A stretch of 64,000 nucleotides of DNA from Actinomycetota bacterium (GCA_040511595.1 JBEVGU010000038.1:23903-87902), one strand, 5' to 3'. Shown: positions 18,880-28,713, counted from the stretch's first letter. Program-made: numbers and translations. The notes: generated by a model from the sequence alone, not told the origin.

Positions 18880-19740
18880 TCACAGCTCGAAGAACACCCC
18901 CTGCGCCCACGGCCAGATCCAGTTGTAGCCGGGGCCGCGGAAGAACGAGCCGATGATCGTGAGCACGCCGCCGAACATGAACAGGATCGTGAACATCGTG
19001 ATCGCGATCTTGCGGTCGCCCGGCTTGATGCTCGGGTTGCGGTCGACGTAGGGCACCGCGGCGAGCCCGACCAGGATGAACGTCGGGATCGTGATGCCCG
19101 CGATCATCGGGTGGAAGTAGCGAAGCAGCTCCTGCAGACCGAGGAAGTACCACGGGGCCTTCGACGGGTTGGGCGTAAGGTTCGGGTTCGCGAGCTCACG
19201 CAGCGGCGCGTTGATGAACGCCGAGAAGAACGTCAACGCCGCGAGCAGGATGAACATCGCGACGAACTCCTCGATCAGCAGATGGGGCCAGACGTTGACG
19301 CGGTCGCCCTGTTCGCGTTCGACGCGTTGGATGCCCTCGGGCGGGACGAGCGCCAGCAGGCGATGCTTGTCGGCGGCTCCCTTCTTGGGCGTGGGCAGGT
19401 TGCCCGTGGGCAACGGGGCTTCGCGGGCCGGGGTGGTAGCCGGCGCCGCCGCCACCGCGACCGGGGCGCCGGCGGCTGCCGCTGCAGGCGCGCCCGCCGC
19501 GGCAGGCGCGCCTGCAGATGCGGCCGCGGCGGCGGGTTGGGCAGCGCCACCATTGCCACCGGCGGTGGGCGCGGCGGCCTCGTGCCTCGCCGCTTCCTCG
19601 GGGTTCGCGGCGCGGTAGGCGCGCACGGCCGCCGAGCGGGCGCGGCCCTCGGCCACGCGACGGTCGGTTCCCTTGGCCAGCTCTGCCTCGAGCGTGGAGT
19701 CGAAGACCGATTGGTCGAGCGGGGTGTCTTCCTTGGCCAC
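18880..19740 (-). CDS. cytochrome b C-terminal domain protein (b6f subunit-IV-like) with Ala/Pro-rich N-terminal extension
   Basis: GTG start after AGGAG. PEWY-like region APWYFLGLQELLRYF. About 110 aa of low-complexity A/P-rich sequence precede the membrane domain. Confidence 0.8.
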   Translation of the reverse strand: MAKEDTPLDQSVFDSTLEAELAKGTDRRVAEGRARSAAVRAYRAANPEEAARHEAAAPTAGGNGGAAQPAAAAASAGAPAAAGAPAAAAAGAPVAVAAAPATTPAREAPLPTGNLPTPKKGAADKHRLLALVPPEGIQRVEREQGDRVNVWPHLLIEEFVAMFILLAALTFFSAFINAPLRELANPNLTPNPSKAPWYFLGLQELLRYFHPMIAGITIPTFILVGLAAVPYVDRNPSIKPGDRKIAITMFTILFMFGGVLTIIGSFFRGPGYNWIWPWAQGVFFEL

Positions 19741-19751
19741 CGATGACTCCT

Positions 19752-20522
19752 TTACAGGGGACCCGAGATGCCGCCGTCCTTGCGGATGCGCCAGAAGTGC
19801 ACCGAGAGGAAGATCACCAACACGAACGGCAGCGCCAGCACGTGCAAGACGTACCAGCGCAGCAGGGTCTCGGGGCCGACCACGACGCCGCCCAGCAGGA
19901 GGAAGTTCGCCTGCTTCGCGATGAACGGCGAGTACCCCGCGAGCGACGTGCCCACGGTGACCGCCCAGATCGCGAGCTGGTCCCACGGCAGCAGATAGCC
20001 CGTGAACGACAGGCCGAGCGTGAGGAACAGCAGGATCACGCCGACGACCCAGTTGAACTCGCGCGGCGGCTTGTAGGCCCCGGTGTAGAACACCCGGGCC
20101 ATGTGCAGCGTCACGCTGAAGACCATGAGGTGGGCCCCCCACCGATGCAGGTTGCGCACGAGATCGCCGAAGAACACCGAAGTGCGGATGTTCTGCATGT
20201 CCGTGAACGCCTGCGCGCCCCCGATGTCGGCCGTCGGCCGGTAGAAGAACATCAGGAAGATGCCGGTGATCGTGAGCAGGATGAACAGGAAGAATGAGAG
20301 CCCGCCGAGGCAGAACGTGTAGGTCAGTTTCAGCCCGTGCCGCTTCACCTTCACCGGGTGCAGGTGGTACAGCACGTTGTTCATCGTCGCGAGCGCTCGG
20401 TCGCGCGAGGTGTCCTTGTACCCCTTGCGGAAGATGGAGCCCGGCCGAAAGATCGACTTCCAGACCTCGGTCTCGCGGATGCGATCACCCAGGTCGCTGG
20501 GTGAGGGCGGCTTCAGCTTCAC
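19752..20522 (-). CDS. qcrB: cytochrome b6-type (N-terminal half of cytochrome b) with heme-ci cysteine
   Basis: Heme His ligands in HRWGAHL and TLHMARV. The FCLGG cysteine matches the heme-ci Cys of Bacillus and b6f cytochrome b6. The C-terminus RIRKDGGISGPL matches Bacillus QcrB. Confidence 0.85.
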   Translation of the reverse strand: MKLKPPSPSDLGDRIRETEVWKSIFRPGSIFRKGYKDTSRDRALATMNNVLYHLHPVKVKRHGLKLTYTFCLGGLSFFLFILLTITGIFLMFFYRPTADIGGAQAFTDMQNIRTSVFFGDLVRNLHRWGAHLMVFSVTLHMARVFYTGAYKPPREFNWVVGVILLFLTLGLSFTGYLLPWDQLAIWAVTVGTSLAGYSPFIAKQANFLLLGGVVVGPETLLRWYVLHVLALPFVLVIFLSVHFWRIRKDGGISGPL

Positions 20523-20926
20523 CGCGTTCCCTCTTCGGCAGCCTGTGACATCGGGACTTGGGCCATCGTGCGCGAACCGGCTTTGGACCCCTCGGGCAGT
20601 CGCGCGTAGTAGAGCGTGTCGGTCGGGCACCGATCGACGCACACGGAACAGCGCGTGCACGCGTTGTCATCGACCACGAACACCGCCGTGGCCGTGTCCA
20701 CCTCGTCCCCGACGGCGTCCTCGGCGGAGTCGCGCACGATGCCCGTCGACATCATGTAGATGCAGTTCCAGGGACAGACGTCTTCGCACGCCCGGCAGAG
20801 GATGCAGTTGTCGGGGTCGAGCATCAGGTGCTTCGGGGACTTGACCCCTTGGGCGAGCCACGCGGGGTCGACCGCTTCCACGACGTAGTCCTCGTGGATG
20901 TCGACCTCGGTCTTGGTGAACGGCAT
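20519..20926 (-). CDS. 2x[4Fe-4S] dicluster ferredoxin
   Basis: Two CxxCxxCxxxCP motifs. Its stop overlaps the qcrB GTG start (GTGA). Confidence 0.85.
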   Translation of the reverse strand: MPFTKTEVDIHEDYVVEAVDPAWLAQGVKSPKHLMLDPDNCILCRACEDVCPWNCIYMMSTGIVRDSAEDAVGDEVDTATAVFVVDDNACTRCSVCVDRCPTDTLYYARLPEGSKAGSRTMAQVPMSQAAEEGTR

Positions 20927-20938
20927 GGGCTCCAGCTC

Positions 20939-21364
20939 CTAGCGGTACCCGCCCGTCGGTCGGCTCTCCGACGAGCCGCGCAGCTTGTGTCGCCAGTTCT
21001 GCATGATCGCGGCGGCCACGAGCACCGTGATGATAGGTCCGGTCGACAACCCCATCGCGATGGCGTCGCGAACCTGCAGCAGCAGCTCCTGGTACTGGGC
21101 CGGCTGGCCGCCGGGCAGCAACGTCGGGATCTCCTGCAGGGCAGCCTCGATGTCGGTCGGCCCCTGCCACCCGAGCTTCTGCTCGGAGACGTACAGCCAG
21201 AACGACGGCAGCACGGATGTGGTGATCAACAGGAAGAACACGATTCCCACCGAGAAGGCGACGGCAGTGGTCCACGTCCACTCGAACCCCTTGAGGAACG
21301 CCTCGACGCGCTCCTTGCGGCTCTGCGTGGACTTCATGGGCGTCGCCGTCTCGACCTGGCTCAT
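20939..21364 (-). CDS. membrane protein, hypothetical (first gene of the ferredoxin-b6c operon)
   Basis: Two to three TM helices. Start assigned at MSQVETATP. Confidence 0.5.
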   Translation of the reverse strand: MSQVETATPMKSTQSRKERVEAFLKGFEWTWTTAVAFSVGIVFFLLITTSVLPSFWLYVSEQKLGWQGPTDIEAALQEIPTLLPGGQPAQYQELLLQVRDAIAMGLSTGPIITVLVAAAIMQNWRHKLRGSSESRPTGGYR

Positions 21365-21435
21365 GCGCTCCCGAGTCTCCTGAGGCGGGGGGATTATAGA
21401 CATGTGTCCCGCGGGCCCGACGACCCGCGGGTGAC

Positions 21436-21453
21436 TCGTGAATCGCTTCACAA
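21436..21453. promoter_or_regulatory. candidate Rex operator (TCGTGAA-TCGC-TTCACAA) in the divergent promoter between the b6c and ccdA operons
   Basis: Matches 17 of 18 positions of the TTGTGAA-N4-TTCACAA Rex consensus. AT-rich palindrome in a GC-rich intergenic region. Confidence 0.5.
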
Positions 21454-21572
21454 GCCCCCTCGCCTACTATCGCTGCAGATCCACAGCTCGTGCAAGCCAG
21501 GTGCTGGCTTCGTCCTAGCCGAGACGGTCTCCGGGTGCCTGGCCGGGCCTCGTCCACGTCGCCGGAGCCGCC

Positions 21573-22301
21573 GTGATCGCCGACATCGTGCAGACCGGTC
21601 TCGCCTCGTGGTGGGCGCCGCTGCTGGCGTTCGCCGCGGGGTTGGTGTCGTGCGTGAGCCCCTGTGTGTGGCCGCTGGTGCCCGGATACGTCTCGTTCGT
21701 CGCCGGCGAGCGGATCGCCGAGGGGGGGCGCCGCCCGCTGGCCCCGATGCTCCTGTTCATCCTCGGGTTCACGATCGTGTTCGTGCTGCTCGGCGCGTTC
21801 GCCTCGACGTTCGTGAGGGTGTTCAAAGGCACCTCGGGCCAGCGCATCGGTGGGGCGATCGTGATCGCGTTCGGCGTGCTGATGATCGGCTATGCCCTCG
21901 GGCGAGGATCGCTGGCGCTCTACGCGGAGCGGCGCCCGTTCCTCGAACGCGTGAGGCCCGGAAGCGTCGGAGCCGTGCCGCTCGGCATGGCCTTCGCCGC
22001 GGGGTGGACACCGTGCATCGGCCCCGTGCTCGGCTCGATCCTGGCGATCGCGGCCACGGGAAGCACGGCACGCGCCGTGCTGCTGCTCGCGAGCTACTCG
22101 GTCGGCCTCGGCGTGCCGTTCCTGCTCGTCGGGCTCGGCGTCACGCGCTTCATGGGCGCCTTCGACTGGATCAAGCGCCGATACACCGCGATCGCGGTGG
22201 TCTCGGGCGCGTTGATGGTCGGGCTCGGCGTGCTGCTGTTCACGGGCCGGTTCACGCGCCTGGTCGCGCCGCTCGCCGAGCGCTTCACCCCCGGCATCTG
22301 A
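21573..22301 (+). CDS. ccdA: cytochrome c-type biogenesis protein CcdA (DsbD-like)
   Basis: CVSPC motif. Six TM helices. Confidence 0.85.
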   Translation: MIADIVQTGLASWWAPLLAFAAGLVSCVSPCVWPLVPGYVSFVAGERIAEGGRRPLAPMLLFILGFTIVFVLLGAFASTFVRVFKGTSGQRIGGAIVIAFGVLMIGYALGRGSLALYAERRPFLERVRPGSVGAVPLGMAFAAGWTPCIGPVLGSILAIAATGSTARAVLLLASYSVGLGVPFLLVGLGVTRFMGAFDWIKRRYTAIAVVSGALMVGLGVLLFTGRFTRLVAPLAERFTPGI

Positions 22302-22348
22302 GCGCCGCCCAGGCCAGGAAGCCGTCCGTCTAGGATGAGGAGGTCCAC

Positions 22349-23962
22349 ATGACCTCAGCTCAGCGACCCACGCTGCATCAGTCCGTCGCCCTCGTGTGGC
22401 GGACGCTGCGCTCGATGCGCACGGCGCTGATCCTGCTGTTGATGATCGGGCTCGCGTCCGTCGCGGGGTCGCTGCTCCCCCAATGGCCGAACTCGCCCGA
22501 GCGCGTGATCGAGTATCGGGCCGAGCACGCGTTCTGGGGCACGTTCTTCGACCGCGCCGGACTCTTCGACGTCTTCGGTTCCTGGTGGTTCGTGCTGCTC
22601 ACCACGCTGTTGTTCGTCTCGCTGATCGCCTGCCTCGTGCCTCGTACCCGCGCGCTGTGGAGGGCGCTGCGCACGCCGCCGATGCATGCCCGCGAGATCG
22701 ACGCCTTCCCGTGCTACACGGACATGGCCGTCGTCGCCGCACCCGACGTATCGCTCGAGGCTGCGAGCCACACCCTGCGGCGACGCCGCTTCCGCGTCGC
22801 GCGCGATCCCGGGCGCCCAGCGCTCGCCGCCGAGAAGGGCGTCGCGCGCGAGGTGGGGAGCCTCGCGTTCCACTGGGCCTTCATCCTGTTGCTCGCCGGG
22901 GTGCTCTACGGCAAGGGCACCGGCTTCAGCGGGTTCGCGGTGGTCGTCGAAGGGCAGACGTGGATCGACGCCCAGGCGAACTACGACGGGCAGATCCGGA
23001 CGGGCCGGTTCTTCGACGGCGACTTCACGGGAGCCGGCGTGCGACTGCGCGACTTCCGCAGCGACTTCCGCCGCACGGGCCAGCCGATGGACTTCGTCTC
23101 CGAGGTCGACCTGCTCGGCCCCGACGGGTCGGTGCTCGGGCCCGCGGACATCAGGGTGAACCACCCCGCGTCGATCGAGGGCATCCGGATCTACCAGATC
23201 AACTTCGGATGGGCGCCGACGATCGAGATCCGCGACCGCGGCGAGGTGATCGCATCGGGCGCGGTCGTGATGGATCGCGACCCCGCGCCCGAGGGCGTCG
23301 AGGACTTCGCGATGCCGTGGCGAGGCATCGTCAAGCAGCCGGGAGCCGGCGCCGGCGGCGCCGATCGCGCGATCGAGCTCGAGCTCTGGCCCGACAGCCG
23401 CGGGCTCGCCGCGCTGCTCCAGGGCGACGAGCCCCAGGCGATGCTCGTGGAGTTCGATCCCATCATCAGGTTCACGGTGTGGGAAGGCACGCTCACCGAC
23501 CTCTCGACGAACCGGCTCGACACGAGGCTCCTGGACGAGGTCTCCACGGGGATCCTCGGCGCCGGGCGCACGGCCGATCTCGCCGACGGGAGGGAGCTCA
23601 CCGCGGGGGAGACGGCCTCGGGCTCGGCGATCTCGTTCCCGGAGCTCCGCCAGTACTCGGTGTTCCAGGTGAGCCGCGACGCCGGGGTGCCCCTGGTGCT
23701 GGCCGCGGCTATCCTCATCCTCGTGGGATTGCTGCCCGCGCTGTACGGCTCCCGGCGGAAGGTCTGGGTCCGGATCGACCCCGACGGTGAGGGAGCCAGG
23801 GTGCGGGTCGGTGGTCTCGCGATGCAACGCAAACCGCAGTTCGAGGATGAGTTCGCCCGGCTGGTCGACGCGATCGCGTCGGCGGCCGGTGGCGCGAGGG
23901 CGCAGGTTCCGGCGCCCGACGATCGAGAGCCGGACGACCGAGAAAAGGTGCAGACACGGTGA
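22349..23962 (+). CDS. resB: cytochrome c biogenesis protein ResB (Ccs1)
   Basis: System II ResB architecture. Confidence 0.85.
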   Translation: MTSAQRPTLHQSVALVWRTLRSMRTALILLLMIGLASVAGSLLPQWPNSPERVIEYRAEHAFWGTFFDRAGLFDVFGSWWFVLLTTLLFVSLIACLVPRTRALWRALRTPPMHAREIDAFPCYTDMAVVAAPDVSLEAASHTLRRRRFRVARDPGRPALAAEKGVAREVGSLAFHWAFILLLAGVLYGKGTGFSGFAVVVEGQTWIDAQANYDGQIRTGRFFDGDFTGAGVRLRDFRSDFRRTGQPMDFVSEVDLLGPDGSVLGPADIRVNHPASIEGIRIYQINFGWAPTIEIRDRGEVIASGAVVMDRDPAPEGVEDFAMPWRGIVKQPGAGAGGADRAIELELWPDSRGLAALLQGDEPQAMLVEFDPIIRFTVWEGTLTDLSTNRLDTRLLDEVSTGILGAGRTADLADGRELTAGETASGSAISFPELRQYSVFQVSRDAGVPLVLAAAILILVGLLPALYGSRRKVWVRIDPDGEGARVRVGGLAMQRKPQFEDEFARLVDAIASAAGGARAQVPAPDDREPDDREKVQTR

Positions 23963-24924
23963 CCGACCTGCAGTGGGCACGCATCTCGAACGACGCATTC
24001 AACGTGGCGCTGTTCGCCTACATCGCGGCGATGATCGGCTCCTTCGTGTTCCTCGCGTTCCGACGCGACGCGATCTGGCAGGTCTCCAGAGCGATCGCCG
24101 TTGCCGGCGTGGCCGCGAACCTCGTCTCGATCGCAGCTCGCGGGCTCGCAGCCCACCGCGTGCCGTGGGGCAACATGTACGAGTACTCCTCGCTGCTTGC
24201 ACTGCTCGTCGTGATCGGGGCGCTGGTCGTGCTCGAGGGCGTCTACAAGGTGCGGTCGCTGACCGGCTTCGCTCTGATGTTCAGCGTGCTGACGATGGCG
24301 GTCGCGGTGTCGTTCCTCTACGTGGGACCCGGGCCGCTCGTGCCGGCGCTCGACTCCTACTGGATCAAGATCCACGTGCAGGCCGCGATCTGGGGCTCGT
24401 CGCTGTTCGCGCTCGGCGGCATCGCCACGATCGCGTACCTGATCGTCGACCGGGCCGAGCGCCGGAAGCTCGCAGCGCTCGGCTCCCAGTCGCCGCCGCC
24501 GATCATGGGCGGCTCGCTCGACCTCGACGCGGTGAGCTCCGATGCGCCGGACGATCTCGTGGCCGACTCGGCCGAAGACGTGCGGGAGCGGCCCTCGGAG
24601 CGGCGGCTCGTGCCGTCGGCCGCCGGGCTCGACCGGCTCGCGTATCGCATCATCTCGGTGGCGTTCCCGATCTGGACGTTCGCGGTGATCGCCGGTGCGA
24701 TCTGGGCACAGGAGGCGTGGGGCCGGTACTGGGGCTGGGACCCGAAGGAGACGTGGTCGTTCATCACGTGGGTGATCTTCGCGGGGTACCTGCACGCGCG
24801 GGCCACGAGCGGTTGGAAAGGCCGCCGCGCGGCCGTGATCGCGCTCGTCGGGTTCGCCTCGCTGCTCGTCACGTATTACGTGGTGAACCTGTGGATCGTG
24901 GGCCTGCACAGCTATGCGAAATGA
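23959..24924 (+). CDS. resC: cytochrome c biogenesis protein ResC/CcsA
   Basis: GTGA overlap with resB. Trp-rich WWD-type region and conserved His residues. Confidence 0.85.
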   Translation: MTDLQWARISNDAFNVALFAYIAAMIGSFVFLAFRRDAIWQVSRAIAVAGVAANLVSIAARGLAAHRVPWGNMYEYSSLLALLVVIGALVVLEGVYKVRSLTGFALMFSVLTMAVAVSFLYVGPGPLVPALDSYWIKIHVQAAIWGSSLFALGGIATIAYLIVDRAERRKLAALGSQSPPPIMGGSLDLDAVSSDAPDDLVADSAEDVRERPSERRLVPSAAGLDRLAYRIISVAFPIWTFAVIAGAIWAQEAWGRYWGWDPKETWSFITWVIFAGYLHARATSGWKGRRAAVIALVGFASLLVTYYVVNLWIVGLHSYAK

Positions 24925-25044
24925 GGCCCGACCCGTGCCTGCACCCAGTGTCGCAGTCATGGATGACTGCGCAGACACCGGTGATACAGTGCGCGCTCGG
25001 GCAGGCCTGAACAGTCGCAACGACGGCTAGGAGAGAGAGCGATC

Positions 25045-26136
25045 GTGCGGAAGAAGGCGCTGTGGACCCTGGGCCTGGCGGTCCTGGGACTGCTGCTCGG
25101 CGCGTGCGCTCAGAACGCCGGACAGGACACGCTCGACCCCGTCGGCGACGTCGCGAAGCAACAGAAGGCCCTGTTCGTGCCCGTGTTCTGGGTCGCGACG
25201 GTCGTGTTCGTGATCGTGCAGGGCGGCATCATCTACATCGCCCTCCGCTTCCGCCACCGCAAGGGGCAGGAACGCATGCCCAGACAGACGCATGGGAATA
25301 CCAGGCTCGAGATCGGCTGGACGATCGTCCCGACGGTGGTGCTCGCCGTGGTGATGGTGCCCGCCATCTCGCTGCTGTGGGAGCTCGCTCGGCCCCCCGA
25401 GGCCGGCGCCCTGAACATCACGGTGCAGGGATTCCAGTGGTGGTGGGGGTTCAGCTACCCCGACGGGGACATGGCCACCGATTGGGACACCCCGATCACG
25501 ATCGCCGACACGATGATTGTGCCAACCGACCGCGATGTCTACCTCTCGCTCGAAGCGATGGGCGGCGCCGCGAAGGACGACGACGGGAGTCCCGACCACG
25601 AGGTGATCCACTCCTTCTGGGTGCCCCAGCTGTTCGGGAAGCAAGACGTGGTGCCCAACCGCACGAACCACATCCAGTTCAGTGTCGACGAGCCGGGTCT
25701 GTACACGGGTCAGTGCGCGGAGTTCTGCGGCCTGCAGCACGGACGCATGAAGCTCGAGGTCGTGGCCCTTGCGCCGGACGACTGGGACGCCTGGGTCGAG
25801 AACCAGCGGACCCTGCCGCCCAGTCCCACCGATCCGCTCGCCGAACGGGGTGAGGAGATCTTCCTGAACCCGCTATCCGACGGCCGCGGAAGCTGTACCG
25901 CGTGTCACACCGTGGGGGACAACCCGGGCGGGGCGGCGGCGCCCAACCTGTCGCACTTCGCCGACGAGCAGCACACGTGCTTCGCCGGGTGCAACTGGCC
26001 GGTCTCCGATCGTGAGGCGCTCGCCGCCTGGCTCGCCGACCCGAGCGCCGAGAAGCTCGGGGCGAAGATGCCTGACTACCAGCTCACCGACGAGGAGATC
26101 CAGGCCCTCGTCGCCTACCTGTACAGCCTGACGTGA
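25045..26136 (+). CDS. ctaC: cytochrome c oxidase subunit II with C-terminal fused cytochrome c (caa3-type)
   Basis: Lipobox LLGAC. CuA site (CAEFCGLQHGRM). C-terminal CTACH heme-c motif. Confidence 0.9.
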   Translation: MRKKALWTLGLAVLGLLLGACAQNAGQDTLDPVGDVAKQQKALFVPVFWVATVVFVIVQGGIIYIALRFRHRKGQERMPRQTHGNTRLEIGWTIVPTVVLAVVMVPAISLLWELARPPEAGALNITVQGFQWWWGFSYPDGDMATDWDTPITIADTMIVPTDRDVYLSLEAMGGAAKDDDGSPDHEVIHSFWVPQLFGKQDVVPNRTNHIQFSVDEPGLYTGQCAEFCGLQHGRMKLEVVALAPDDWDAWVENQRTLPPSPTDPLAERGEEIFLNPLSDGRGSCTACHTVGDNPGGAAAPNLSHFADEQHTCFAGCNWPVSDREALAAWLADPSAEKLGAKMPDYQLTDEEIQALVAYLYSLT

Positions 26137-26155
26137 CGGAGGCGATCACCGAACC

Positions 26156-28066
26156 ATGGCGAGCGTGAGCGTTCCCGCGAGCGGGCGAGGCCTGCTGCGC
26201 CGACCCGTGTCCGTCACGGGTTTCTGGAGCTGGTTCACCACCGTGGACCACAAGAAGATCGGCATCATGTACGGGGTCGTGGCCTTCGCGTTCTTCGTGA
26301 TCGGGGGTCTCGAAGCCCTGCTGATCCGGGCCCAGCTCGCGCGGCCCGACGGCACGCTGCTGAACGCCGACCAGTACAACCAGGTCTTCACGATGCACGG
26401 CCTCACGATGATCTTCCTGTTCGTCATGCCGATGTCCTCGGGGCTGTTCAACTACCTGATCCCCCTGATGATCGGCGCCCGCGACGTGGCGTTCCCTCGC
26501 CTGAACGCCTACAGCTTCTGGGCGTTCGCGATGGGCGGGCTCTTCCTCTACTCGAGCGTGTTCCTCGGCGGCGCGCCGAACGGCGGCTGGTTCGGCTACG
26601 CGCCCAACTCGACCACCGATCCCTCGATCGGCATGACGTTCTACGCGCTCGGTCTGATCATCACCGGCATCGCGTCGACCGCGGGCGCCATCAACCTGGC
26701 CGTCACGGTCATCAACATGCGCGCGCCCGGACTCACGCTCTTCCGCATGCCGCTGTTCGTGTGGATGGGGCTCGTCGTCCAGTTCCTGCTCGTGTTCTCG
26801 CTGCCGATCATCACGGTGGCGTTGTTCCAGCTGTTGTTCGACCGGCGGTTCGACACCGCGTTCTTCGACCCGACGCGCGGCGGCGATCCGATCCTGTGGC
26901 AGCACCTGTTCTGGCTCTTCGGCCATCCCGAGGTGTACATCCTGATCCTGCCGGCGTTCGGCATCATCAGCGAGGTGTTGCCGGTGTTCAGCCGCAAGCC
27001 GCTCTTCGGCTATCAGTTCGTGGTCTTCTCGGGCATCGCGATCGGGTTCATCGGGTTCGGCGTCTGGGCCCACCACATGTTCGCGGTGGGCCTCGGCCCG
27101 GTGGCCAACACGGCGTTCGGCATCTCGACGGCGATCATCGCGATCCCGACCGGGGTGAAGATCTTCAACTGGATGGGCACGATGTACGGAGGCGACATCC
27201 GGTTCGCCTCACCGATGCTGTTCGCGATCGGCGCGGTCTCGATGTTCGTGATCGGGGGCCTGTCGGGTGTAACGCATGCGATCGTGCCGAGCGACTACCA
27301 ACAGACCGATACGTACTACATCGTCGCGCACTTCCACTATGTGCTCTTCGGGGGCGCCGTCTTCGGCTTCTTCTCGGCCTTCCACTACTGGTGGCCGAAG
27401 GTGTTCGGCCGGCGGCTGGGCGAGGCGGTCGGCAAGGCGCAGTTCTGGGTGTTGCTGATCGGGTTCAACCTGGCGTTCGGGCCCATGCACATCCTCGGCA
27501 TGCAGGGCATGATCCGACGTGAGTACACCTATCCCGAGTCGCTCGGGCTCACCTTCTGGAACGAGATCTCGACCGTCGGCGCGTTCCTGATCGCGCTCTC
27601 GGTGCTGATGTTCCTCGTCAACGTGGTGCGCACCGGCCTGCGGCGGGGGGTCGAGGCGGTCGAGGACCCGTGGGACGCGCGCACGATGGAGTGGATGACC
27701 ACGAGCCCGCCGCCGCCCCACAACTTCGACGAGATCCCGACCGTGCATGCGCTCGACGAGTTCTGGCACCGCAAATACGTCGAGGACGAGCGCACCGGCC
27801 GGCTCGTGCCGGCCCAGGCAGGGGCGTCGGACCCCCACGACGTACGCGGCGTCGCCGGCGCCGCTCCCGAGGAGGCGTCCGGGCACGGGAGCGGGCACTC
27901 GATCCACCTCCCGAGCCCGTCGTATTGGCCCCTCGTGTCGAGCCTCGGGCTGCCGATCATGGCCTACGGGGTGCTCTACTCCTGGTGGCTGGTCGGCCTC
28001 GGGGCCCTGGTGGTCTTGACCGGCTTCTACGGATGGGCGCTCGAGCCCTCGGTCGCGGAGGAGTAG
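26156..28066 (+). CDS. ctaD: cytochrome c oxidase subunit I with ~80-aa C-terminal two-TM extension
   Basis: Canonical subunit-I sequence. The extra C-terminal hydrophobic hairpin resembles a fused small subunit. Confidence 0.9.
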   Translation: MASVSVPASGRGLLRRPVSVTGFWSWFTTVDHKKIGIMYGVVAFAFFVIGGLEALLIRAQLARPDGTLLNADQYNQVFTMHGLTMIFLFVMPMSSGLFNYLIPLMIGARDVAFPRLNAYSFWAFAMGGLFLYSSVFLGGAPNGGWFGYAPNSTTDPSIGMTFYALGLIITGIASTAGAINLAVTVINMRAPGLTLFRMPLFVWMGLVVQFLLVFSLPIITVALFQLLFDRRFDTAFFDPTRGGDPILWQHLFWLFGHPEVYILILPAFGIISEVLPVFSRKPLFGYQFVVFSGIAIGFIGFGVWAHHMFAVGLGPVANTAFGISTAIIAIPTGVKIFNWMGTMYGGDIRFASPMLFAIGAVSMFVIGGLSGVTHAIVPSDYQQTDTYYIVAHFHYVLFGGAVFGFFSAFHYWWPKVFGRRLGEAVGKAQFWVLLIGFNLAFGPMHILGMQGMIRREYTYPESLGLTFWNEISTVGAFLIALSVLMFLVNVVRTGLRRGVEAVEDPWDARTMEWMTTSPPPPHNFDEIPTVHALDEFWHRKYVEDERTGRLVPAQAGASDPHDVRGVAGAAPEEASGHGSGHSIHLPSPSYWPLVSSLGLPIMAYGVLYSWWLVGLGALVVLTGFYGWALEPSVAEE

Positions 28067-28068
28067 GC

Positions 28069-28713
28069 GTGTCGGACCTGGCCGTCACCCCCGGGCACGG
28101 ACCCGCCGACGCCGGCTCGCACGACGAGCACGCGACCGTGACGGGGCTGCCGAACACCAAGATCGCGATGTGGCTGTTCCTGGCCTCGGAATGCCTGCTC
28201 TTCGGAGCGTTGATCACCACCTACGTGCTGTACCGGGGGGCCAGCGAGATCGGGCCCTATCCCGCCGACATCTACGACATCCCGTACACGTCGGTCTCGT
28301 CGTTCGTGCTGCTGGCGTCGTCGCTCACGATGGTGCTGGCGCTCGCGGCGGCGCAGAAGCGCGACGGGACCCGAATGCGGCTGTGGCTGATCGCCACCGC
28401 GATGCTCGGCCTCACGTTCGTCGGAGGCCAGGTCTACGAGTTCACGACGTTTTACGACGAGGGCCTAGCGCTCGGGACGAACCTGTTCGGCACGACGTTC
28501 TACGTGCTCACCGGGTTCCACGGGGTGCACGTGACGGTGGGCATCCTCATGCTGCTCTCGCTCGTGGGCCTCTCGACCCTCGATCGCCTTCCGGACGACG
28601 CGGCGTTCCCCGTCGAGATGGTCGGTCTGTACTGGCACTTCGTCGACATCGTCTGGATCGTCATCTTCACCATCGTCTACCTGATCCCGTCCCCGTCCGG
28701 GCCGCCCGCATGA
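28069..28713 (+). CDS. ctaE: cytochrome c oxidase subunit III
   Basis: GTG start immediately after the ctaD stop. Subunit-III helices are present. Confidence 0.85.
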   Translation: MSDLAVTPGHGPADAGSHDEHATVTGLPNTKIAMWLFLASECLLFGALITTYVLYRGASEIGPYPADIYDIPYTSVSSFVLLASSLTMVLALAAAQKRDGTRMRLWLIATAMLGLTFVGGQVYEFTTFYDEGLALGTNLFGTTFYVLTGFHGVHVTVGILMLLSLVGLSTLDRLPDDAAFPVEMVGLYWHFVDIVWIVIFTIVYLIPSPSGPPA

